A DNA stretch of 43,174 nucleotides from Jimgerdemannia flammicorona (taxonomy: Eukaryota). Of the stretch, positions 13,899-24,540 are shown one piece after another. Below the pieces are notes generated by a model, which did no database searches, was not told where the DNA came from, and saw nothing but the letters and a program-made list of their open reading frames with translations. Made by a program: the position numbers and the translations under genes. Position 1 is the stretch's first letter. Every line of letters starts with the position of its first letter. Location of the stretch: positions 1-43,174 of the forward strand of contig RBNJ01000080.1 of NCBI GenBank assembly GCA_003990765.1, given 5' to 3'.

Positions 13899-13989
13899 TA
13901 GTATAATTATAATAAGCCGTCCGCATGACGCAATAAGTCGTAAGTCTTCGTTCCACGCAGACGCGTTCTTGCCAAATTCTCCCCCAAAT

Positions 13990-16643
13990 ATGTCTGCCAG
14001 CTTGTCCGTGCCTGAATCTGTGCCCAACGACAGCGACGATGATGTTATCGAGCTTCCTCGCTCTGGGGAACAAACCCCTCTCCTAAAGGACAGTGTAACT
14101 GGATACCGCAGCGCTTTCCCCTGTACGAACTCCCATTTCCACTCCTTCAAAGTTAAAAAAAAAAATGGGATCCGTCTGATCCAACCCCAATCCATACTCT
14201 ACTCCCCCTGCTAAACCCAGTGCCTTCAGCCCGTGTCTACGACAGCCCACCCAAGGACAAGCTGCAAACGTTCTGGACCCGCACCAAGTACTATGTCCCC
14301 GTGCTACAGTGGCTGCCCGCCTACGAGATGCGGTTGCTTTTGGGCGATGTCATCGCTGGCCTGACCCTCTCATGCCTACTGATCCCTCAGGCCTTGTCGT
14401 ACGCGACCGCGCTCTGTAAGCTTCCAGCCATACACGGGCTGTATGCCATTGCATTTCCAGCGACTACCTATGCTTTGTTCGGGACGTCGCGGTAATACGC
14501 CCACCAAATATTTCCCCCCTTTGATCCTGTGGAACGAGAGCAGTTCTCTTGAATGTCGATTGTTTTTTTTTTTTTCTTCAATCTCTGTGACGTTAATACG
14601 CGGTTTCATATACCTCCCCAGACAACTCTCCATGGGCCCCGAAGCAACACTTTCGATGCTCGTTGGCTCCGCCATCGCCCAGATAACCCACTCATCCTCC
14701 AGCGAGCTGGATCCCCTGGCTCTTGCTTGCCTTATGACCCTCTTCGTCGGCGTCTTCACCTTCCTTTTAGGCCTCTTCCGACTGGGCTTTCTGGATTCCC
14801 TCATGTCGCGTGCCCTCCTCCGCGGTTTCATCACGGCCGTCGCCATCGTCGTCATGGTCCAGCAGAGCATCACCCTTCTCGGCCTCGTCGAGACTAGCAT
14901 CGATGCCGGCATCAATGAGGCCTCCTCCACCATTGATCGCGCCATCTTCCTCATCCAGCACTTCCACCTCGCCCACCCTCTCACATCCGTCGTCTCCGCC
15001 GTTGCGTGTTCGTTCCTCTTCAGCTTCCGCCTTCTCAAAAGCAGATTCCCCAACGCTGCCACGCTACAAATTACACCCGAGGTCTTGCTCGTCGTCGTCT
15101 TGGCCACAACACTCACGGGTATCTTTCGCTGGGATAAACTCGATCTGAAGATCCTCGGCGACGTCAAGAGCGGCGGGATCCCCTGGCCATCCATCCCGAG
15201 GATGCCCAAGGTTAAGGTCGTCAAGGATATTGCATTCACGTCCGCGCTCATCTCCATTTTGGGTTTCGTCCAATCAATCGTTATCTCCAAGACGTACTCG
15301 TCAAAACATAATTATTCCGTCAGCCCCAATCGCGAGCTGATTGCTATGGGCGTCGCGAACATTATAGGCGGCCTGTTCCAGGCTATTCCCGCCTTCGGAT
15401 CGGTACGTACTCTTCAATTTTTCATCCTTGCCTGACGCCACCGCCTTATCATGCCGTTCGTTTTTCATCTGACCCTCCACCTATATCTCTCCAAACTTCT
15501 GCAGGTGGCTCGTAGCAAGATCAATGACCGCGCGGGCGCTCGAACGCAGCTGGCTGGCTTCATAGCCGGGGTGGTTTCCCTGCTCGCCATCTTCTTCCTT
15601 CTTCCCTACTTCTATTACTTGCCCAAAGCCGTGCTTTCGTCCATCATCTTTGTCGCCGTGCTCTCGCTGCTCGCCGAGGCGCCCGAGGACATCGAGTTCA
15701 TGTTCCGCATTCATGCATGGCGGGATTTCACCCTCCTGTGCATCATTTTCCTCGCCACCGTCTGCGTGTCGCTCGAGATGGGGACGTTGCTCGCTGTGTC
15801 ACTGTCGCTGCTGCTTACGGTGAAGGAGACGAGCTATCCTAGGATCACGATTATGGTAAAGGGGAGAATTTGGGTTAAAATGGGGTGGAAAATAAGGCTG
15901 AGCTTAAATATTGGATGGACTCGTAAATTGGTCATTGAACCCCGTTTTATTTCGCCGGGATCGCACTTGGCAGGGCCGCGTGAAAGGCACTACCAACAAG
16001 TTCAAACCAATACGTGATGCCCCCGAAGGTATGGTCGAGCACGTTGAGGACACGCTTATTGTCCGCGTTGAGGAGCCGCTCTTTTTTGCCAACACTGGTA
16101 AGTACCGCCTTGGAGTATTTCATGTTGTGGTAAATCACGAGACGCTGAGGCTGGTCTAATCTTTGTTTCTGGGTCTTTCTGCCTTCCCCGTACGGCCTCT
16201 CGCGCAGGCCAGCTCAAGGACCGTCTGCGCCGTCTGGAGCAGTTTGGCGACATGTCGGTGCACCCGAGCGAGGAGCCTAGGTTCGGCGCTATCTCGAACG
16301 TCATCTTTGACGTCGAGCTGATGCTCGAGATCGATGCCAGGTAGGTTGTGGATTATTGCTATGTGTTTTCCTCTTTTATTTCGTTCCGTTCCTCTTTGCC
16401 TTACCAAGCAACAATGATTTTTCTTCCGCAAACGACAGCGCGATTCAAATCCTCATTGAAATTGTCGAGGCCTACCACGCGCGCCACGTGCAGGTATTCT
16501 TCGTCAAGGTGCACGAGGAGGCGCGCGAATTGTTCCAGCTCTCGGGGCTGATCGAAAAGGTTGGCACTGACCACGTCATCAAGCGCGTATCCACGGCGAT
16601 TGACTACATCGAGAACCATACGGAAAGATACAATACTGTTTAA
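13990..16643 (+). CDS. SulP/SLC26 family sulfate/anion transporter with C-terminal STAS domain (multi-exon)
   Basis: YYVPVLQWLPAY, GDVIAGLTLSCLLIPQALSYA, YALFGTSRQLSMGPEA, LGLFRLGFLDSLMSRALLRGFITA, PNRELIAMGVANI, RSKINDRAGARTQLAG, IVRVEEPLFFANTGQLKDRLRRLE and VIFDVELMLEIDASAIQIL (STAS). N-terminal acidic dileucine-like EQTPLL suggests vacuolar/endomembrane targeting. Confidence 0.93.
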
Positions 16644-16790
16644 GCGGGTTGCTAAGCGGGAGAGGATGACACCAGGGGATGATGCGCAACTGTATTTATC
16701 GCCATTGCTTTTTGTTCGTCTGTCTCTTTTCAAAGTACTGCGGTCGAAAAATAAAACAAGTAGATATTCGTTGGATTCTCATACATGCCA

Positions 16791-16826
<36 letters not shown>

Positions 16827-16869
16827 GGAGACGTCCATATTGGCCACGAATCGTATGCCGCGGAATAAT

Positions 16870-19800
16870 CTACACCGCCCCCAACATATTACGTATCTCC
16901 TTGACAATTTCCTCGTGGGATATTGGCGCAGCTTTACCGCTTCGGCCGGACTGCCTTTTCTTTTCATCTATTTTGTCTTCGATCGCTCTAGTCTTCACTT
17001 TTGCCAGCACTTTCTTGTCCTTCCCACCGTCTTCTTTTTCGTTTTCGTCACCTTCGTCTGAGCTCGTCTCCGTCTCCTCCACACTTCCTCCACCACCGGC
17101 TTCAGTCTCCTCCTTCACACCCACCACATCACCGCCCTCCTCATTCACTGCCTCACCAATCCCAACAACCTCCATCCCCATCCCCACCACCTCCCTGGGC
17201 ACTCTACCCTCTAAATCCGGTACGCCGATATCACACTTTCCCTCCCGTACCAGAATTTTCACCACTTCTCTCCTACCTCCCCATGCCGCCCACCACACCG
17301 CCGTGTGTCCCATCCGATCCCGCGCGTTTACGTACGCCGCGTCCGGCGGCATGGGCTTCGAAGCGCGCGCTGCGACCGCGGGTGGCTTCCCCGAACGACG
17401 CACGTACGCTTTGGGCGGCGGCGGCGGCGGCGGGATGGATGCGTGGACGAGTGCGCGCACCAGGTCGGCGGCGGTGGTCGATGGAAAATTCGGGTCCTTG
17501 CACGCGACGATCAACGGCGTCTCGCCTTGGTTATTGACCGTGTTCCATAACGGGAGCGGCAATGCATCTGACCCCAAAGAATCCTCGTTACGGGCACTCA
17601 CCTCCGCTATCCTTGTCTCCCCCGCCACCAACACTGCTCTCACCACCTCCACCTCCCCGCTCACGACCGCCATCTCCATAATCCCACTCTTGTTCGCTGG
17701 CTCCCTCGCCCACAAATCAATCGCGTCCGCGTATTGCAGTAGCGTCCGCACGCACTCGAGATGTCCTCCCCTCGCCGCGACCATCAGGGGCGTAAACCCG
17801 GCAGCGTTGGGCGCGTTAACGAGCTGTCTGAGCGAGTACGGTCTCGCTTCCCGGTAATGCTCCAACATGAGCGCAAGTACGTCGTCGTGTCCATGTGCCG
17901 CGGCCAAGAACGCACACGTCTCTCCCCGAAACGACTTCGCCGTCACGTCGACCCGGCCGTCGCCGTAAGCCTTCAAAATATGGTGCGCGAATTCGACCCG
18001 TCCGTACCGGCACGCGACTAGTAGAGGTGTCATGCCGTTCACGCCGTCGGGCTCGTCGAGGCGCCATCCTGTCGCGACGCAGCGGTCGACCAGCCCTGGG
18101 AGGTCGTAGCCGTAGTAGGCCGCGAGCCAGAGCGGGGTCTCGTTGCGCGAGTTGTGTAGGACGGGGGGCATGGGTTGGGGTCGTTGCGGCCTGTCGTCCG
18201 CCATGTCAGACGCCTTATCTGCAGGTGATTCTCGTCCTTGCTTCGCCGCGAACTGCTGGATCCATTCCTGGCGGCCCTGCTCCGCGGCGTCGAGCATGCG
18301 ACGGTGAAAGCCCTCTGCACCGTCGACCCGAGTGATGCCGATGCAGGAGAAAGAGGTGTCGCGCGTGCCGCAAATGACGGCGCCGAGGGCGTGGCGCGTC
18401 ATGGAGAAGACGACAGGGGTCGAGGCCTTGTGGCAGGCGGTGAGGATTGAAAGCGTCATGTAATCCAGGCCGGCTGGTTGAGTGGGCAAGGAGAGGGTAA
18501 GAAGGTTTGGTGGGTGTTGGCTGTTGTTTACCAGGAGCAATGAGAACGCAAATGGATATGACAATGATCGGGGGAAACCGTACTGCCTTCTTCCGTCGTT
18601 TGTTCAATGTTCCGTGCCATGATGACGCACTTGATTCGGCCCCGCTTCACGTGTTTTAGCACTTCACGAAGGCCCATGTACATCCTTCGCTTGGATTTGG
18701 CCTTTATGTTGAGAAAAACGAGATGGACATCAGCACATCAATCCTCCAAAACCCGCAACCTATGGCCGGGTTTGAGTGAAGATCGACTGTCACGGTCAAT
18801 CTTGCTCGTTCCTCCTCAGTATGTGTTCGTATAAAAGTACACGCAACTCACTTTAGTTGCATTGATGTTCAACTGCCGCTTCTGAAACCTCATAATCTCC
18901 CCTAGAAAGTCTCGCACAATTTTGTCGAGCTCCTCCGTGCATATCTGGGTGCAGTAGCTGGTAATAAAAGAATGATGTCGTCACGACATTAACAATAAAT
19001 CTTTTCGAGGACTCGTCTTCCCACACAAACCCGAATCTCACCATCTGGCCTCCCCTCGATCCCGTATGAATCGTGGCCTCTCAAGCGCGATGCGAACAGC
19101 GTGCGACTGCGGATCTGAGATCTTCTTTGAACGGCGTTTCTTGGAGGCCTGACGGCCCTGCGGTTGGGGCGTTGTCTCGGCTATGGGTGGGTTGTTGGAA
19201 TTGGAAAGTGAGACGACAGACTGCTGTTGCACCGGCGTATGTTTTGGGGGCACGATGGTGGTGGGATCGACATAGGACGGTAACGGTGACAGATGGAGGA
19301 TGGAGGCGAAAGTTCTAGCGAGGCCGGGCGAAGGGGCTGCGCGGGAGTCGAGATTGAGATCGTGAGAGGGTGACGAAATACTTGTTATTTGTGGGGATAT
19401 GGTAATTTTTGATCGTTCCGAGCCCTCTTTTGTCACCACCAAGGCCATTTCTTCATTGCCGTTTCCGCTTTCTTCGACATGATCGTCTTCCGAATCTTCC
19501 CCGTTCACCTCAGTCTTCACCAATTCCTCTACCTGAACCACCTGTTCCTCCTGCCCTGCCATGCTCGCTTTACCGACTTCCTCCGATTTCCCTCCCCCTC
19601 TTTCATCTTTAAACGCCTCATCCGCTTCCTTCCTCTTCTCAAACACGGCCTTTTTCATCTTCGTTGTCTTCTTCTTCTTGGGCGTCAGTCGTTGGATCCC
19701 GCGATACTTAACCGAAGGAGCCGACCCGTCGACCGTGTTGGTTTGCGTCAATTGCAGCTTGTCCGGGTTTGTTACGAAAGGTGCTCCGTGGGACCAGTCG

Positions 19801-20159
19801 GGCTTTGGATTCGTTTGCGAACGGGGTACGCGAGGTCGTTTGTCAGGGTTGTGTTGTCGCGTGACGTCTTGATACGGTCGTGACGCCGGGGCAGAGGCAG
19901 AAGACCGCCGTTGTACAGGATCTGTTGCGGCATTCTCTATTTTCTGTTATTTTAGTAAATTGCAGGTTATCGCTTCTATTCATGTATTGTAATGGATCTG
20001 GCGCCGCATGAATAAGCATACTTCTAGCTGGTCACCGATCAGATCAGCAAGGGACATGGGAGCGACCTTCCATTTCTTTTTGGGTTGGGCGGTAGCGAAA
20101 GCTGGCGTGGTTCCAAAGGTTTGATGTGCGAATGAGGGGTTGTTTCGTCTGTCGGCCAT
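16870..20159 (-). CDS. SBP2: SECIS-binding protein 2 (SBP2/SECISBP2) homolog fused to C-terminal ankyrin repeats, about 955 aa; exons 20159-20022, 19943-19042, 18957-18852, 18701-18584, 18473-16870
   Basis: Exons total 2868 nt and stay in frame. K-rich SID-like motif NTVDGSAPSVKYRGIQRLTPKKKKTTKMKKAVFEKRKE. Spliced L7Ae region RCYCTQICTEELDKIVRDFLGEIMRFQKRQLNINATK|AKSKRRMYMGLREVLKHVKRGRIKCVIMARNIEQTTEEG|TGLDYMTLSILTACHKASTPVVFSMTRHALG...SCIGITRVDGAEGFHRRMLDAAEQGRQEW matches my recollection of human SBP2 (RDYCSQ...ELVRFQDR...KAKTKRRLVLGLREVLKHLKLKKLKCVIISPNCE...GGLDD...PFVFALNRKALG...SVVGIFSYDGA). The same last exon then carries ankyrin repeats (ETPLWLAA, GMTPLLVAC, GETCAFLAA, GFTPLMVAARGGHLECVRTLL, GETPLIVAC, GHTAVWWAA). 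Confidence 0.9.
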
Positions 20160-20348
20160 TTGCAGAAGAGAGTAGTATGTCTACAAGCCACCCATTTTTT
20201 TCTATTATCTCAATCCCATGGCATACTCAACCCTCTTTAACTCCATGGCATACCAGACCCAACCACCTCCGATTGGGTTCAATCTACGGGCATTGGGGTG
20301 TATATATGTATTCGTATGTATAGATGACACAGTTGTGTATCAAAGAAT

Positions 20349-20349
<1 letters not shown>

Positions 20350-20400
<51 letters not shown>
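20350..20400 (+). repeat. About 50-nt poly(dA) tract in the divergent SBP2-BUB2 intergenic region
   Basis: Uninterrupted A run read directly. Confidence 0.9.
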
Positions 20401-20401
<1 letters not shown>

Positions 20402-20790
20402 GTAGATGCTTTCCCTTTGTGAATCAGCCAACTGTAGCTAATAATTGTCTGAGATATAACTGAGATATATACATTAAAGCAATCTAGTGGCAGGAGTATG
20501 TGGATATTGGACATAAGAGATTGCAATGTCAAACGCACAAAGGAGTATTGCATGACACCTAACAAAGGATTAGAGCGCGACACTAAAAAGCAAAGCAGCA
20601 TTGCGCCAAACGAACAAAAGGAGCGGAGAGAAAGAAAAGATCACATGAATAGCCACAAGGAAATATTATGTACGCATTGGCCCATCAATAGAAAATAGGG
20701 GACATTTACCATTACCCTTGAGCGGGTCTCGGGGTTGAAGTCGCCCTTCGTTGTGCTTGCTTCTTGCTCCGACTTCATGTCACATCGCAA

Positions 20791-22108
20791 ATGGCCGCTC
20801 AGATGACTTCAGTAAAGACTAGGCGGGCAGAGCTGCGCAGAGAGACGATCGAAAATATTCTAAGTACCCCACACAGTTCAGAGGAAGATGTTGCAACAAG
20901 CTTAGCGGAAATACGCAGGATTGTCGCCATCGAGGGGCTGCCCGTCGTAAGCAATTAGAAGCGAATTCCACCGAGCTCGTCGTATCAATACTTTCTAACA
21001 TCATTTTATCTCCCATATACCCATCTGCTCCGCTATGATCTCAACTCAAAAGCCAAATACTTCCGAGTTCTCTCCAGTCCGTCCGGCCCCCATCCGGCCC
21101 CGGGACCTCCAACATCGGCTCGTACATTATGACCGCCAACGCCTTCGTTCACAGGTTTGGAAGGTGTTTCTGGGTGTCTATCACGTCTCTGCTACCGAGT
21201 ATACGTGCTTGGTTAAGAAGGGTCCGTCCGATGTCTACGACAAGGTGCGCAACGATACATTCCGTACATTGGCGACGGATCAGGGATTTTCCATGGAGGT
21301 ACAGGAAGACATGCTGATAAGGGTGCTGAATGCGTTCGCGTGGAAGGCAAAAGGTAATTGGCGTTCTCTGGTTTGGCTGCGGTCAATTTTAAGTACTAGT
21401 TGAATAATATTGTCTTTACCTGAATTCCAGGCGATTTAGCAACCTCTCCCCCTCCGACAGGTCATGACCCTCTGGAGTTTACCTACGTGCAAGGCATGAA
21501 TGTCCTTGCTGCACCATTTCTGTACGCCATGCCGGAAGTGGAGGCGTTTTTTGCCTTCTCAACCCTGATTCAGTACTGCTGCCCGATGTACGTCCAGCCA
21601 TGCTTGCAGGGTGCGCATTGCGGATTGAAGGTAAGAGTGGATCTACATTCTGGCACATAATCTTGCAATTTTCCTCTTTCGCATGTCCTGTACGTCCTGC
21701 CAACTCGCGCGCGTTCTTGCAGTTGTTGGACATGTGTCTTCAGGTTGTAGATCCAGAGCTGTTCGGGTACCTGCGCGGCAAGAGCCTAACGGCAGAATTA
21801 TATGCGTTTCCATGTAAGCTACGTTGCAATTTCTTTCACCGACATTAGCATAACTTTAAGACCATATTTTGTACTCAAATGATATATCTGCTAAGTTTAT
21901 TCCCAAAAAGACTCACTGCTTGCTATTGTAAACTTGAAAATGCTCGATTAGGTGTTTTGACTTTCTCTGCGTGCACACCACCTCTGGATCAAGTACTGGA
22001 ACTTTGGGATTTCCTTTTTGCGTTTGGGATGCATCTCAATGTATTGTGCATTGTCGCACAATTATTAATGATTCGAATCGATCTTTTGCAAAGTCCAAGG
22101 TTGGGGTC

Positions 22109-22140
<32 letters not shown>

Positions 22141-22475
22141 GTGTCATTGTAAATGAGAATTTCATGATTGTATTATCACCAACACCTCCCGCCCACAGCC
22201 CAATGAAACTCCTCCGCCCCCTCCCGCCTCTCAACGCCCGCGCCGTCATCACTCTCACAATCTCTCTCACGCAGACGCTCCCCGACGCGCTCTATGATCT
22301 TCTGGCGCGCCATCCGTACGACGACCGCGTGGCTGCCGAGCTCAACGTGCGCGTTGGTGCCGGGGTCAATAGTCTGTACTCGGGGGCTGGGTCAGGCAGC
22401 GATACAGAGAAGGTGCTGAGCATGCCACTTGGGCCCAAGGTGCTGTGGGATCATGGGAGATCTGGTGGAGTTTGA
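20791..22475 (+). CDS. BUB2: Bub2/Cdc16 TBC-domain GAP (mitotic exit/septation initiation network), multi-exon
   Basis: LRSQVWKVFLGV, KGPSDVYDKVRNDTFRTLATD, LIRVLNAFAW, TYVQGMNVLAAPFLYAMPEVEAF, CPMYVQPCLQGAHCG, DPELFGYL..KSLTAELYAFP, SACTPPLDQVLELWDFLFAFGMHLNVLC, PMKLLRPLPPLNA. Confidence 0.93.
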
Positions 22476-23821
22476 GAGGTTGCTTGGTCGGATTGTTTGG
22501 TCATAGATTCGTGTCCCGTGTCCCATACTTGTTGTGTACTCTAGTCTGAAACATATGGCAGATTAGACGTTACAATTCATGGCTGACAGGGTTTCCTTCT
22601 GAAGTGGACCACCCACCATAATTTTACTCCAAATTTAATATATTGCCGAAAATATTGACAACTCCACGCTTCCTTTCCTTCGCTATGACCTCTGAGTGCG
22701 ACATTTATTTTTACCTTTTTTATTATTGCAGGCGCATAACATAGCGACTGTCTTTGTTCTCTGGCAGCATTCAATAACTGAGGTGGGATGTCGTTCTAAA
22801 AGTGGTAACCTGTTACTCGTGTCCCATGATGGTCTGAGTTATGATAGGCCGAGAGGAAATGATATAGCAAAAAAAGAAAACTACATTTTGGATCATGCTT
22901 AGGGACCGAGTCGAGAAGACGCAAACATACCAATCCCAGGCTACCTATGCTAGTACTAGGCGCCATGATCTGCACGTGAGATGCAAGGGGCCGTCGACAG
23001 ACAATTGCCTCCTCCAAACACGGATTCTGCCAAACACATGGCCCGCCCGCCGTGCCTTGAAAGAATAGTTTCCCATATCAGGCGTCGTGTTGCAGGTATG
23101 CGATCGCCATCGTGTATTTCGGGCTTCATGCATGCATGATATCATATGCAGTTACAAATTTCCGTTCTGGTCCTTGCTGGCAGGGGCTTGCACGAGGGCA
23201 TGACAATAAGTCAGAAACAACGCCCTTCATCCTCGAGGGGCCGAAGAAACGAGCTTTCAAATGTCATGAATTTCACGCTGGCCTGGAAGATTCTACCTGC
23301 CACGTTCTAGCCATCCGGTTTCCATTTCCAAGAGAACAAGGCCTTCATCGATGAGAGGGATGGCGGTGGGGGAGGGAGGTCGGAAGGCAAAGAAAGTCGG
23401 TTCTCTGGCACTCGGACACGAATGACTACTCAATCCTTCCCCACGATTAAGACCCGGCGATCCTTCACCCAACAACTTGGGAGCCTCTTTGGCAGTTTCA
23501 GCCCAATGGCCGGCGCGGACACAATTAGCACAAAGGTTCAATATCGGCTGAACATGCGTCGTTGTCTCGCTGTGATGTAGTCTCTCTCTCCTGGCCATGT
23601 GGTCTTCTCGCCTTGATGCAAAGGCTGTCGGACCTGTCGTGTCGTCGCCACGTAAGGTGGTCGATGGCGCTACTACCGGAATGGTTGCAGGATGATGACA
23701 GGCGGATACCTTCACGATGGTAACAAACGTGATAGTATGTATGGTATGAAGGAAATATTTTGTGAGAACAAAGCGAACTTGCCATGGTGACTATTTTATT
23801 TACCAGGAAAGAAAGGAGCAT

Positions 23822-23860
23822 GGGACACGGGACACAGGACATGGGATATGGGACACGAGA
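23822..23860. repeat. Degenerate 7-bp tandem repeat (GGGACAC/T)
   Basis: gggacac gggacac aggacat gggatat gggacac gaga. Confidence 0.7.
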
Positions 23861-23994
23861 ACTGGATGGTCGGAATAACATACATAAAGATGCGTTCCCT
23901 GCCACAATACGAGTTCCTGTCGATCATCGCATCTTCCACACAGCGCATACTTGCTCCTGGTCTACCAAGGCAATCCCCCACCACACACATCGGA

Positions 23995-24540
23995 ATGAAC
24001 AGCTCTCGCCTCTCCTCCGTCGCCAAACGTCTCTTCAAACCCATTTCCGCTCCTCAAGCCACCACTGAACCAGAAGGTTCTTATCCTATCACCATTTCGG
24101 CCCCGATTCTCACCCCCGCCAGCTCGCGCCGCGCCATGGCACTGACCAGCCGCCTCGACTTCCACTGTGTCGGTCCCATAGCTGCCGATCTCGCCTGTCG
24201 GTGCCCATCCACATCCACATCCACATCCTCAGCGCCCGGGCCGAGACGTAACAACGCGGTAATCCGCGGTTGTAGCTCCAATAGCACCAGCCCGGACGCT
24301 ATAAAAATGCGGGATTCGGTGAGGATACGGGACTCGGTGAGGATGCGGGATGCTGGCATCGCCGCGCGCGGGATCAAACCGCGGGGCCACTCGTTCGCGG
24401 CGTCTTGCAGCAGGCACGCGGCAACGAAGGAGGAGCGCGAACGCCAGAGATTGGCGAAGATGCGCACGTTCGAGGACCTGCTAGACTCAAGAAAAGGAAT
24501 CACTGTGAAGCTGAGTTTGACGCCGACGTTGGCGTGTTGA
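23995..24540 (+). CDS. Hypothetical protein, about 181 aa, single exon
   Basis: GC-rich open frame; Ser/Arg-rich disordered body with an RDSVR(I/M) duplication and a C-terminal KMRTFEDLLDSRKGITVKLSLTP segment resembling a short motif seen in fungal hypothetical proteins. The start is uncertain (frame open from 23848). Confidence 0.6.
   Translation: MNSSRLSSVAKRLFKPISAPQATTEPEGSYPITISAPILTPASSRRAMALTSRLDFHCVGPIAADLACRCPSTSTSTSSAPGPRRNNAVIRGCSSNSTSPDAIKMRDSVRIRDSVRMRDAGIAARGIKPRGHSFAASCSRHAATKEERERQRLAKMRTFEDLLDSRKGITVKLSLTPTLAC

Noticed and set aside
14376-15290. 304-aa minus-strand ORF
   Set aside because: Antisense shadow of the SulP coding exon.
16679-17857. 392-aa plus-strand ORF
   Set aside because: Antisense shadow of the GC-rich SBP2-ankyrin exon; it runs through a poly-T tract and has no domain.
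16870-18564. Stand-alone 564-aa ankyrin protein from the ORF track
   Set aside because: Its first ~30 residues are intron sequence and the next ~85 are the second half of the SBP2 L7Ae domain, so it is the last exon of a larger gene.
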